DNA of 64,000 bases from Raillietiella orientalis. Its lineage: Eukaryota. The position numbers and the translations under genes were made by a program. Each line of letters opens with the position of its first letter. Within the stretch, counting starts at the first letter, position 1. Below are positions 24,530 through 35,708 of this stretch, one piece after another. Location of the stretch: NCBI GenBank assembly GCA_036172245.1, contig JAYWIR010000013.1, forward strand, positions 1,178,001 through 1,242,000, in the 5' to 3' direction. Under the pieces are notes generated by a model. That model was not told where the DNA came from. It searched no databases and was given only the letters and a program-made list of their open reading frames with translations.

Positions 24530-25280
24530 AGTCTCAAATGAACGCTTTGCGTTACCACCGCGCGACCATCCTTGTTTACATGATGGTATTCAGGAGACTT
24601 CCTCCTGAGGAAAGGTCAGGTAAACAGAAACGAGAACAGCAAAGGGGAGCCTCACGAACAAGTCGCGGTCTTCGTAAAGAAGCTGCACGACTAAAAGAGC
24701 TGCGAGTTGGAACACGAATCCGGTTGCCTAGTCGACGCTGTTCTCGCACGCGTTCACGCCCTTTCCTTTTTTTGCCTTTTCCTGCTGATGTTCTCGTACG
24801 CTGGACTCGCCCCTCCTCTCGTGCTCCCCCTGTGTGCTCATCGGAGGACACGAGCAGATTAACACGCAGGACAGTTCGCGATTCCCCGGGCAGACTTTTT
24901 TTCTTTCTGACGTTCTTCTCGATAGACGCTTGGAGGAGAATTTCCAGAAGGAAGCGCGGGGCAGAGGGAAGAAGAATCGACAAAGCCTACCTGACGATCA
25001 GGAAGGATTTCTCGAACGCTGCATCCACTCGAGGAAGGAACGGAATCCGTCCGTGCGTGACCGCGAGGAGCCGGACCGACTCAGAATCGGATACGAAGAG
25101 CAAAAACTCGTATTTCAAGAGCGCAGTTAGCGTGACGGCCTTAACGAAAACTCGGCTCTGGTAAATCTAAATCTATAGCATTATGTTAAGCGCTGGCAGC
25201 AGCAGCATTAAAGATTCAGAAGATGCTTACAAATCCACTTCTTTCCTTTTGGGGAGGGAGAGGAGGAGAGGGGAGCACGG

Positions 25281-25336
<56 letters not shown>

Positions 25337-25830
25337 CCGCGGAACGCAAGGAATCTTTGCGAGCCAGAAGGAATTCCATCCCAGACGTCGGAGATCGGAG
25401 ACACTTCGTCTGCTCGCCTGACAGATACCGCTCGAGCGTCCCGCATCTCGGCAGAGAGCGGGAGGGGGGGGGGGGAGGGGGCAAGGAACGCTCGCGTTCC
25501 GAAGGAAGACGTCGCGAGTTCCTCCTTGGAGGCACGACGGCCAACAGAAACCGCATCCGGCGCACAGCGCCGAATCCCAGTGGTAGCCGCGTGCGGCGGC
25601 GGCAGCCGACTCCCTTGGGCGACTCGCACACCGCACGACCACCACCGCCTGCAATGCGCTCTTCCTCCTCCGGCTTCTCTCTCTGCGGTTTCTTCTCGCA
25701 ACCAGCCGAGCCGAGCGGTCCAGAACGACCAGCCAGCACGCCCGCTTTCGTCGCCGCCCGCGAACGCTCTGACGGACCCGCGAAGACGTTTCCTGAGCTC
25801 TCGGCGGTCGGAAGCTGCGGGCGCGATGGG
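24530..25830 (-). pseudogene. Minor capsid (penton-like) protein remnant
   Basis: QLPTAESSGNVF (compare TLPSNSS..+F), RIAGG..AVCE, FLLFVSDSESVRLLAVTHGRIPFL (compare +YVY.D++...VG...PLL) and terminal VTQSVHLR. Confidence 0.45.
25284..25333. repeat. (TG)25 microsatellite
   Basis: Directly visible. Confidence 0.97.
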
Positions 25831-26270
25831 CAGACCGTGAGCAGATGTTAACATCTCACGAGTCTCTCTCTCCCAGGGGAAGATTTCGTCCCGCCACGCC
25901 CCTCAACAGACATACCGTGTCCGCCTCCCACCCCCTTCTTCCCCTCCCTTAGCACGATGCTCCCCCCCCCCCCCCGCTCTCGAGAACGATCGGGAGCTTC
26001 CACCTCTCTCGGGCGGAAACCTGGCCGCTTTCCAAGAGACAGGCAGAGTCCGCTTGGAGCGCGCTCGTCGCTGACTCTGCGATCCTGACGTATCCGAGTT
26101 CCCGAGGGGGATCCTGAGTCGGAGGACTGCTTCCGGTCCCCCTGGGGATCGGCGGATGTCCGATGGATGTCTTTTCCCTGTGGAGAGTTCATGGTATGTC
26201 TGTCCTATTTCCCAGATGCCGGAGGGATCGGATACGGAGGAAAGCTGAAGGACTCCACCGCTCCTGCCGT

Positions 26271-27074
26271 ATGATGAGAACGCGATGTAGCAGATGGAAA
26301 GCGGTGGTTTCTCTAAGCAGCCTAGCGTTTCTGGGAGTTTGGTCCATCATTCACTCACACGAGATCATCCTGTTTCCTCTCGAAAGTGGAAGCCGAGATG
26401 GCGTTTGGAACGCCAGGCAGAGGGATGACCAGGGCTCGGGATGCAGGAAGCTGCTGGAGCACAAAAACCAGTCGAAGCCGGACCCGCTGTTCCCCAAGGA
26501 CCTGTTCAGCAACGAGAGCAGGAGGAAGGGAGCCGTCCTGCTGCACCTGGTCGGCATGACCTACACGTTCGTCGCCCTCGCCATCACCTGTGATGAGTTC
26601 TTCGTCCCGTCCCTGGAGGTCATCATAGAGAAGATGAATCTGGAGGAGGACGTGGCCGGAGCCACGTTCATGGCCGCCGGCGGCTCTGCTCCGGAGTTGT
26701 TCACCTCCGCCATCGGGGTCTTCGTTTCCTTCGATGACGTCGGGATCGGCACCATCGTCGGATCGGCCGTCTTCAACATCCAGTTCGTCATCGGGGTGTG
26801 TGCCCTGCTGAGCAAGGGGATCCTGCACCTGACCTGGTGGCCCCTGTTCCGGGACTGCACGGTTTACTGCTTCAGCCTGTCGGTGGTCATCGTCTTCTTC
26901 ACGGACAACCAGATAGACATCTGGGAGTCAGTGCTGCTGCTGCTCATCTACGCGGGCTACGTCACTTTCATGGCCTTCAACGCCCGTATCGAATGCCACG
27001 TCAAGCAGTGCATCAAGAAGATTAAGTCGAACAAAGTGGATAGCGTGGATAACGCGGCGAACGAGAGTCGGCCG
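26271..27074 (+). CDS. Nckx30C: K+-dependent Na+/Ca2+ exchanger (SLC24/NCKX, Nckx30C-like), coding exon 1 of 7
   Basis: DPLFPKDLFS..GAVLLH..CDEFFVPSL and alpha-1 repeat VAGATFMAAGGSAPELFTS. Donor ccg|gtaaga at 27075. Start chosen at ATG 26271; a cag acceptor at 26215 suggests an upstream exon. Model join(26271..27074,28500..28620,28688..28809,31141..31273,31540..31655,34001..34137,40535..40781) is phase-consistent and gives 559 aa. Confidence 0.93.
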
Positions 27075-28499
27075 GTAAGAATCGTCACCTTGCTGCTGCT
27101 GCTGCTGACATCTTTCCTTCTCCCATCTGCGCTGCACGCCCTTTCGAAACCTTGACGGAAGCCTCCTTCCCCAGCACCTTTCCAGTGAATAAGCTGCCGG
27201 GATTCGCTGTAACGGAGGAGGGAGGGAGGGGGGGGGGGAGAAACACATTGATTGGATCTTCCGTTGCCGAAGGACTTGGTCTTCCGGGTTTCTCAGCTCC
27301 TTCATTTGCGACGCGTCTCTCGCTGCAGCGCAGTTTCCACAGCGCGTAGAACAGATCCGGGAAATCTATCAGCAGCCCCATCGCGCGATCTTGAGACAGC
27401 AGGGTAGTGGGAGAAAACGTCATCTGCTTTTTTTTTTGTCTTTCCTTGTCCGCGGCTGAGCGGGGCTCGTAGCTTGAGCGCCTGCTGTGTCTTCGAGCCA
27501 TTCATCAAAGTCTCTGGGATGCTGCGGGAGCGCTTCTCCATGAGCTGGGAACCGCGCCTCAGCCCCAAGATCAGAAACTCCGGCGCTCTCTCGGAGGTAA
27601 GCGTGACGTGTGAACGGCATCCGGTGGTCTTTTACGACGGGGATGCCGAGCTGAGCAGCGCACGGTGCCGCCACCATCACGGCAGCGGCGGCGGAAGGGA
27701 GAACTAACCTGCTTCGCGAACTCCTCCGCTTCCCTCAGAGAAGCCGAAAATCCGAGTTATTCGAACGGACCTAGCCGGCATCCTGGAGAGGATGCAGAGG
27801 ATTCTCTTTAGTAGACAGTGATCCCTTCCCGACCCTCCCAAAGATTTTCATTTATTTTTTTATTTTCTTTGTCTTTTCGTTTTCTCCCTTCGCTGTCGAG
27901 GCGACCCTCTCCGGCCTGCGTACCGGCGATCCAGAGGTCCGTGGACAAGGACGCGTGGTCCTACCACAATTTTCGAGGTTCTTTTGAATTTTAATAAACT
28001 CCTCCGCCGTGTCCGGGTGGAAATGGGAGAAGCTGCTTGCTCCTGAGAAAGATCGGATGCTGCACCCAGGAAGGCGCAGCTTTCGACGCCCTGCAGTTGC
28101 CCCCGACTTCCGTCCTCTTGAAGTTTCGAGACGATAGGATGATGGAGCCCCCCAGCCTCGATTCGATTCGGTTGGCGTGATTCCTTGCCTCATTCCAGGG
28201 ATACTTGAAAAGAGGAAGGCGAATTTCGAGAAGAGGAGAAGACGCGTTTGCTTCCCACAGGTTGCCGAGGCAAAAAAAAAAAAAAAACACTTTCCCTGCC
28301 CTTCCTTGAACGCGGCGCCACTCGGAAACCACCGTATCTCGCTCGAGAAGCGAGGTCGTCCACTGCCCCAGCGAGGACTGCTTCGTTCGTTTCCACCACC
28401 CCTCTCTGTCCATCCGCAGCATCTCCGTCAGCCTCTCCCGACGTCTTTTGATGCACCGCTGACTTGCTGGTGCCGTGCTCTCGAAAGACTGTGTTCCAG

Positions 28500-28620
28500 A
28501 GAGAATACATCATGTCAAACACGAGGAGGCGTTCCACCAACATCATCTTACACTCGGGGAGCATGTTCCGGCAAGGAGTTCTCCACCTCCTCATCAACAC
28601 CATCGATCCCCTCAACCAAG
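28500..28620 (+). CDS. Nckx30C: NCKX exon 2 (cytoplasmic loop)
   Basis: ttccag|AGA...CAAG|gtac; encodes LHSGSMFRQGVLHLLINTIDPL, like Nckx30C FRHGLLQLMIHTIDPL. Confidence 0.88.
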
Positions 28621-28687
28621 GTACTCTTGGCACCGGCTGCCTCATCCTAGTCGAAGCCGCACCCACTAAGGAAAGCTATCTCCATAG

Positions 28688-28809
28688 GGAAACCCATCAT
28701 AGAAGACATCCACATGGAAAACGGGACCTTGAATATTTCTTCCGATGCCGGCGTCGCAAAACCGTCCAGCAGCCATGACAACTCCGGCGGGAATAAAAGC
28801 CGCGACGAG
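28688..28809 (+). CDS. Nckx30C: NCKX exon 3 (low-conservation loop)
   Basis: ccatag|GG...GAG|gtag; of the nearby acceptors tested, the only one giving an open phase 1 to phase 0 exon (GKPIIEDIHMENG...SRDE). Confidence 0.7.
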
Positions 28810-29149
28810 GTAGAAAAAGATTTTCCCAACATTGGCCTTCAAGGGAAAGGGGAAGGGGAGAAGCAGGGGAGGGAAGCCTCCGCCACACGCCGAGTATCCC
28901 ACCAGTAGCTCGAGATTCTCAGTGTCGCAGCCCCCGCCGCGGCGGTTTGTCTCAAGGAACGCCGTGGCTCAGCCGAGGGGTCTCGTTCCAAACTTTAATT
29001 GTGCCTCGAGAGACGGCAGTCGATTCTCGGTACCGCCTTTCTTTTCCTTTCTTTGGCGCCGCTTCCTCTTCGGTGTCCCGCGAACTCAGCTTGACGCAGC
29101 CCCCAAACGAGAATGCGGAAGATCACCGACCCGGATTCCCCTGGTCTGG

Positions 29150-30060
29150 GTCATTGGAGCAAAGCCCGGAGCAGGAATGCGGCGGCGTCAGGGTGCGTGT
29201 TCATGCCGATAACCTCGGGCGGGAAGAGGCGGCAGGAACCATGCACGCACTGTCCCCGATCTTCCCGAGTAGAAATGAAGCAATGAATCGAGGAGCTCCG
29301 GAGCTGACCGCTCGACAGAGTGCTGAACGCTCCTGAGCACTGGGCTTGGGTTGAATCCCTCGGTCTCGTGCGGGAGCACGCCGACCGGCTGTTCTCTCTG
29401 TCGCTTGCATCCCCTGGACCGGTCCTTCTGACTTGCAGCCAACAGCTGAGAGAGATCAGCTGTTGTTGGCCCCTGTTGAGATCAGCGCGCATGAGCATTG
29501 TTTTGGCGAACATTCGATGCCCTCGGGGGTCGGATGGGAGGTGAACAGGGAGGTCCGCCCGAATGTCTTCCCCGAAGCGAAGGGCGATACCCCTTTGCTC
29601 CGGGCGATTCACTCCCTTGCTGCTACCCCCCTCCTCCCCGCGAGCGAGCGAGCGCGCCCCCCTCGTTCTTCGTCTCCCTCGCTTCTCTCTCCTCCCGCGC
29701 CCTCGCGGCAGCCGGGCGGCCTCATGGCCAGCCGGGAGGCAAGGTCGAAGTTTCCTCGTCGGAATGCCCGAAGTCTCTGGTCGGAGACACCGCGTTGAAT
29801 CGAACAGCGGAACGCATCTGAGCGAAGCTGAGCGAGCATCTTCTTCTCTGCAAGGAGCATCATCCGCGCGAGCTGTCTCCTAGGCGATCAGACCGAGCAC
29901 AGGAAGTATTGGAACACCCGGATCTCACGGACCCCCGTGTAGGCAAGAACAATGGGAAGCAGGTGGCTGGCTGGACAGGGCTGCCACCATCAGAGGGGCC
30001 TCCGGTGACCCCACAACCACGAACGATGAAATTCACGTGAGGTTCCCCTGCATCTCGTTC
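29150..30060 (-). pseudogene. Decayed orphan ORF 'X' beside the tRNA-like module
   Basis: IALRFGEDIRADLPVHLPSDPRGHRMFAKTML. A similar SSPSDPRDRTRIAERF lies in the same position relative to the tRNA-like head at ~35580-35700. Confidence 0.25.
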
Positions 30061-30079
30061 TACGAGAGAGGCCCCATTT

Positions 30080-30520
30080 TGTTGCAAACACTGGACAGCT
30101 CTTGTGACACCGGGCGTCGCAGGTTCGAATCCCACCCTGAGGGAGGGGGGGGGAGAAAGATCATCGCCGAGAACGGGCGGTACGTCGTGGGTTCAGGGTC
30201 TCTCCCCCCCAAGATGGTGGCGCTAGTCGGTCTGTAGACTTCGGATGCGGCACTGGCGCAAGCCGGAGACCCCCGTTGACTGGCCAGGTGGGAAGGTCGA
30301 GCCTCCGGGATCCTTCCAGGATTCGAGGAACCGGTCCCCTTCAGAACTCCCCCTCCGGTTGCGAAAATGGAGCCGTTTTTTCCCCCCTTCAGGGAAGACC
30401 CCCCATCGCGTATCGGCATGGAGTTGGTGGACCGATAGCACCTCTCCAGAGTGTGAAGAAGCGCGCTTCGGCCTTTCGAAGAAATCGGGACGCGTCCCAT
30501 AAGGGGTTCTTTTCGGGAGG
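30080..30520 (+). repeat. tRNA-headed repeat module, copy 3
   Basis: B box AGGTTCGAATCCC at ~30121; body (ccgttgactggcc, tccttccagga, cacctctccaga) is the reverse complement of copies 1 and 2. Confidence 0.75.
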
Positions 30521-30628
30521 AGCCCCCTCCCCAGGCGCGAGAGGCGAGAACAAACGAGGCGGCCGCCCCCCCTCCTTTCCCTTTCTTCGCCGCCTCCTCC
30601 CGCCGTTCCCGGATCAGAACGTCACGGG

Positions 30629-30950
30629 ATGTCTCCTTGCGTGCCGCCACCGGCCGGTATCTACCCACGGACCCCGGGGCTGTGCAGCGTCCAGCGAGCT
30701 CTCGAGACTGAACGGGGCTGCTGGGAAGCGTCTCCCTGCGCCCTCTCCTCGCGCGTCCTGGGGGAGTGCGAGGAGAAGGGGGACTATCTGGACGGCTTTC
30801 GGCTAAAGGTCCGGTCCCGCGACTGCCACCGGGAACGGGCAGCCCACCGAAGTCGAGCGTGGGCGTATCGGCCGGGTTCTCTCCCAAACGGAAGAGAGGA
30901 ACGGGCTACTTCCACCTTCGGACTCTTCCTGGAGTCATGGGGTCGTCCTT
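30629..30950 (+). pseudogene. Orphan ORF family Z fragment, copy F, co-oriented with repeat copy 3
   Basis: GDYLDGFRL matches KLLDGCKT; RAWAYRPGSLP matches IRTWSPGSFELP. Confidence 0.35.
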
Positions 30951-31140
30951 CCGGGGTAGTCGTCGTCTCCCCCTCCCCCCCCTCTAACTGGCTTCTCGCT
31001 CACACCCTCGAGTGGCTGCGCTCGCACAGGGTCGGTCCCCAGCCGTTTCCGGGACGCGGTTCCGTGGCGGCTGGTGCTGGAGCCACCCTCCTTCGTTCAG
31101 CCTTTCTTTCCGCCTCTCCTCCTCCGTTTTTCCTTTCCAG

Positions 31141-31273
31141 GAGGCCGCGGAGGACTCGCAGCCTCTGAGTATGGCCTGGCCGTCCACTTGGAAGAAAAGA
31201 GTCACATACCTCTGCCTGCTCCCCATCACGTTCCCCCTGTGGATGACACTTCCCGACACAAGAACCGCAAAAG
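31141..31273 (+). CDS. Nckx30C: NCKX exon 4
   Basis: ttccag|GAG; QPLSMAWPSTWKKRVTYLCLLPITFPLWMTLPDTR; AAG|gtac. Confidence 0.93.
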
Positions 31274-31539
31274 GTACCGGCGTTGCCAAGGAACGGCGCC
31301 CCTCTTCTGCCCCCTCCCCCTTCCGAGGCGGGAAAAGGGCGTGAGCCGAACCCTCACGATTATTTAAAAATTCTCTTACCCCCCCTCCTCCCTCCTTCCC
31401 TCCCTCCCCTGTTTGAAGCAGGAGCTCCTTGACGACAGGTTTCATGCCTTCAAGGGACACGCTGGGGGATGTCGCTTGAGGCCGTGAAACTGTGGAAGGT
31501 GGACGGCCAGAAATCTTTGTATCTCTTTTGTACTTTCAG

Positions 31540-31655
31540 GTAGGAAATTTTTCTTTGTCACTTTTCTAGGAAGCATACTGTGGATAGCCATCTACTCCTA
31601 CCTGATGGTGTGGTGGGCATCCACGGTGGGAGAGACCATCAGCATTCCTCCAGAG
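31540..31655 (+). CDS. Nckx30C: NCKX exon 5
   Basis: tttcag|GT; RKFFFVTFLGSILWIAIYSYLMVWWASTVGETISIPPE; GAG|gtga. Confidence 0.93.
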
Positions 31656-32293
31656 GTGACCGCTTTTCTCCTTCCAGCCGCGTTCGCTTCCCCCCGCCCC
31701 TCGCTCCCTCCTCCACTGCTCCTTCCGGGAGAGACGCCCGGACCGCGCGACCCGGCGCCGGGAAACGCGTCCTGCTGCCGCTGCTGCTGCTGCGCGTGGC
31801 CGTCCCTGCCGGCTGCTTCGGAAGCCCCGTCTCAGCCGGGGACAGCAGGGGCCCGGTGCATTCCGAGGTAGCTCCCGCCCTGCCCCCTCCCTCTCCTCCT
31901 TTCCTGCCCAACTCTACCACCCGTTGTCGCGCATGCGCAGCAGTCTGGAAAGAGGGGCTGCTGATGGCGGCAAGGAGTCTTAACCGTCCTTGACCGAGGA
32001 AGGAGGCAGCCAATAGAATGAGCCTTCTCGGAGAGCGACCAGGTCGAGCCGGGGACCTGCGCGTGGCTTGTCTCCACCTGCCAGCTCTTCGAGACGTCCC
32101 CGTTCTTCCTTGTTTTTTTCTTTTTCTTTCTTTCCTTCCTTCCGGGACGTCCTCGACCGCTCGCGCGCGCCTGCTCCGCCCTCTTCCGCACCGAGCTGGA
32201 GTCACTCCAGAGGGGTAGTAAAAGACATCACCATTAATAAATTTACAATTTACCGCTTTCCTCAGCCATTTTACCCTAACCAACTTCTCCTTA

Positions 32294-32349
32294 AAGATTA
32301 TAAGTTAAATAAAACTACTAACCTTCAAAGTTAGAAATATAAAATCTTA
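32294..32349 (+). tRNA. trnW: Mitochondrial-type tRNA-Trp(UCA) pseudogene lacking a T-arm (TV-replacement loop)
   Basis: AAGATT/AATCTT acceptor stem, AGTT/AACT D-stem, CTAAC-CTTCAAA-GTTAG anticodon arm, and only a short A/T loop before the acceptor 3' strand. Confidence 0.75.
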
Positions 32350-32426
32350 TGAGCCTAATACAACGATGGCTCATATCTACCAACCACAAAGACATCGGAG
32401 CCTTATACTTTGGAGTTAGAATATGT
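32349..32426 (+). pseudogene. cox1: cox1 5' fragment (NUMT)
   Basis: Invertebrate mt code gives MSLMQRWLMSTNHKDIGALYFGVSM, containing the RWLxSTNHKDIG motif. Confidence 0.9.
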
Positions 32427-32999
32427 GCTTTATAATTTTTAATATCAATCACTTAATTAATATAAATATATTTTAACATAAATTTATAGAATTCTAATAT
32501 TATTATGTAGCATAAAAATATTTACATACATAATTTGTTCATTATATAAAAAAAATTAATTTTATTCCTGAGTTTGACTATGTTATTTATAAAAAATCTT
32601 GAAAGTGAATTAAAGTATTCCCGGTCCCTTCCTCACCCGGAGGTTTTGCCCGAAGAGGTCGCCGTCTTCGCGACCTTCCATCCTGATGCTAGGTGGCCCC
32701 CGAGGACTGTGCAGGCACGTGGAAATCGACGACGTTCTGGACTGGCCCTCACTCGTTGTCGTCGTCGGGTCGAGTAGGGGGCTGGGGAGGGGTGAACGGT
32801 CGGCCCCCCTCGCAGCTTTCCTGATAGACGGCACCTGAGCTGCCATCCGTTTTCCTCGCAATTCTTTCCCCCTCTCTCGTGATGGCTGCCGTCGTTCCGC
32901 CCTCTTTCTGCCAGTCGTCGCTGCCATCGCCTCTGCGGCAGAAGCGAACAACCGCCCCCTCGCCAAAAACACGGGTATCGCTGCTCCCTCCTTGCGCGC

Positions 33000-33470
33000 C
33001 CGGTGACCTGCGTCCCTCCTGCTCTTTCCGATACCCTACAGAGCTTCCGAGAGAAGACAGCAAAGGGTGGTCGACCTTACCTCCCCCCGGCGGTCTTCAA
33101 CATGGGTCCTCCTCCTCCCAGCCATGTCTGGGAGGAGGAGCTACACTAGCGCGCTTCGGGAGCTGCACTATCGTGCGACCCCGAAGCGCTACCTCCGCAG
33201 TTCGCTTCTTCCCGCCAACTCTCCGGGCTTCGCTTTTAAAGGCCGTCTGTCCTTGGACTTTCGGCGTGCCCCCATCTCCTGGAGGGCTCGGGATTTCGTC
33301 GTGGAAGGGGTTTGCACGGCGGCCACTCTCACGACGGGATACCGCCAGTTCGCGATGGCGGGAGCGCTGCGCTGCGCAAGACCAAGGGGGAGAAGATACT
33401 CCACCACCGCCCTCCGGAGTAGGGCCAGGGAGCGGGTATCAAGAAGATCCCGAAGGGATCCGCGTCTCCC
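33000..33470 (+). pseudogene. Orphan ORF family Z fragment, copy G (C-terminal part)
   Basis: ARDFVVEGVCTAATLTTGYRQF matches LRRFFTKGGLTAGAVIATVLR; TTALR...ER matches IALRWPYLER. Confidence 0.3.
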
Positions 33471-34000
33471 GGGGAAGGTGACCAGGTCTCCGTTCTCTGG
33501 AGACGATTCTTCGGCATGACCGTTCTGAGCCCTGCGGCGATGCTTCCGAGATCTCCCGCGCTGCCGGAGGGGACCCCCCAGACGGAAAAGTCTTCCTTGC
33601 GGATCCGAGCACTCTGAGAAACCTGAACGGACCCCGCCCTCGCGGTGGAGGCGGAGTCCGCGATGCCGCCGTCGCAAGGCGCGCCGCGGGGGCGACGGCC
33701 GACGGCGGCGCGGAAAGAGACGGAAAGGCAGCGGCCCCGCATGGCAGCGAGATGCCGGCCAGGTCGCCCTCCCTCCTCCCCGTGGCAACGGCGCGCGTCC
33801 GGCTAAATGAGGGGGGGTTCATCCCGGGGAAGGTCGGATAGAACGGCGACGGTGGCGCCAACGTCCGGGAAGCGCTCCAGAGGTTCGAAGACCTTGTCGG
33901 CGGAGCGTGCGCGAAGACCCCCTTTTGCCCCAGCCCCAGCGGCCAGCGCTCGCTCGGAAACTCCGGACGCCGCTTGCCACCTTCTGTGTTACGTTGCCAG

Positions 34001-34137
34001 GTCATGGGACTGACCTTTCTGGCGGCCGGGACGTCCATCCCCGACCTCATCACCAGCGTCATCGTGGCGAGGAAGGGGTTCGGAGACATGGCCGTGTCCT
34101 CGTCGGTGGGCAGCAACATCTTCGACATCACGGTGGG
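34001..34137 (+). CDS. Nckx30C: NCKX exon 6 (alpha-2 repeat)
   Basis: gccag|[49 protein letters not shown], retaining the GD Asp linked to K+ dependence; GG|gtgagt. Confidence 0.95.
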
Positions 34138-35708
34138 GTGAGTGCGCGCATTCTGCGGCGCTCCTCCCGCAAGCAGCCCGCGGGGCGTCCCGTGCCCCGG
34201 CCCTCTCGCTTCCTGCGAGCCTCGCCGGACGGACAGCAGGCGGCAGCGGAGTGCTCCCTGCCGCCGTTCCGGCGGGAAGTTGGCTCTCCCGCTCGGGTGA
34301 GTGCAGGGCCGGTTCCTCGCCTCGATGAGGAGGCCGCCCCGGGGCGCGTCGTCAGCACGGTGTCAGAGCAACGCAGAGGTCAGCGGAGGGGCAGCACCCC
34401 GCCGGCTGAACACTTCCGCAGAGATGCAACGGGACGGACCTCCTGCAAAAAAAAAAAACGGCCAGCTGCGCTTTCCACCCCCGATGTTCCGCGTTTCCTC
34501 CTTTCCTTTTTTTTTTTTTCTTTCCTTTGCAGCGCTCGCCTTCGAGCGTAGGTCGCAGCGACCACAGAAGAATGATCTCCCCTCCAGCGAAGGTCCACTC
34601 TGGCCGAAGTGCTTCTCCTTGCCTTTCCTACGCGCACCGGAAACTCTGGGAGCCCCCCAATATTTGCATGGGTCGACCGAGGCAGCGAAGTCCCTTTGAT
34701 CCCTTGAGAAAACGCACGGGTGCCAAAAGCACTCTCCCGTCCGGTCATCTAACCGTGCTCAATCGCTCGCTTCGCGCCGTGCCATCTTCCGCTTCGGGCT
34801 TCGCTTCTTCCTCTCTGGAGGCCATTCACCTCCGCTGCCCGCCGTAAGTCCCAGGGTGGGTCAAAGGGCGACAGCGGCTTTCGCGTTTCCGTTGGCCCGC
34901 GCCTCCTCTTCCTCTGTTCAGTAGTCGCGAAACGGAAGCCCGAACTTCGAGACCTTCCCGGGTCTCTCCTGGCGGCAGAGGAAACCCACCGATCTGTATC
35001 CCCAGACCCGGCTCCCGGACCCTCTCGGGAACGGGTTTTTCCTCTTCGTGTCCTCCCATTCCCCCCCTCCTTTGCGTCACGCGGTCTGCCGGCCGCCGCC
35101 GCATCTGGCGAGGAGGACTTTCTTTCGGCGGGAATCCCTCCGCGCCCCCTTGCACCGACGCGCCTCCCTTCTCTGGGCTTCGAGCCCGGAAGGCACGTGC
35201 GCCGGCACGTGTCCTCGCTCTCAGCTTTCCGAAAGCCGCCAGGCGGCGGCGCGCGCAAGCGCCGCCGAAGGGAAACCGTTTCCCACACGAGGAGGGGGTT
35301 CGCTTCATGCGAGCGCGCCAGAACCTGCTGCACCCTGGCAGTTTCGTTCCGGCCAGGCCCGAAAAAGAACTCCCTCGCGAGCAGGGCAGATGAACGCGCA
35401 GGCGCGTTTGCGAGCTCCGGCCCACCTCGGATTCCAGGCCATCCGCGCGGCGGAGGGGGAGGGGGAGATTTTCGTCTCCCGGAAGACTGACGCTCGTTTC
35501 CGGGAGTCTTTCAAGGGTGCAGGAGCTACCGGCTCACGAGGCGCCGGGGTTGTCCCTGTGATTCCTGACCGCGGTCTTGTGAATCTTTCGGCAATCCTCG
35601 TTCGGTCTCTGGGGTCACTCGGAGATGAGTTCGCCACGAACGCTCGAAATGTCTGCTGCAGGAGCTGTGAACTGAAGGGAAAGTTCCCCTCCCTCTTCCC
35701 CCCCCCCC

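Larger units (their letters stand above)
11400..25850 (-). mobile_element. Decayed Maverick/Polinton (adintovirus-like) element; ends and TIRs not identified
   Basis: Collinear minus-strand remnants of minor capsid, c-integrase, major capsid, putative protease, protein-primed PolB and packaging ATPase. All contain stops and frameshifts; motif order within each gene is preserved. Confidence 0.8.
32221..32620 (+). other. Nuclear mitochondrial insertion (NUMT), chimeric: possible nad2 3' end, trnW, cox1 5' end, then an AT-rich mt-like segment
   Basis: Abrupt AT-rich island inside a GC-rich intron, containing an mt-type tRNA-Trp directly followed by the cox1 N-terminus. Confidence 0.88.

Noticed and set aside
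5800..26100. Maverick terminal inverted repeats and target-site duplication
   Set aside because: No matching termini found by eye, so element boundaries are left undefined.
26163..26270. NCKX start at ATG 26163 and ORF read-through to 27155
   Set aside because: A splice acceptor at 26215 and donor at 27075 suggest both extensions are partly or wholly intronic; the later ATG precedes the signal-like segment.
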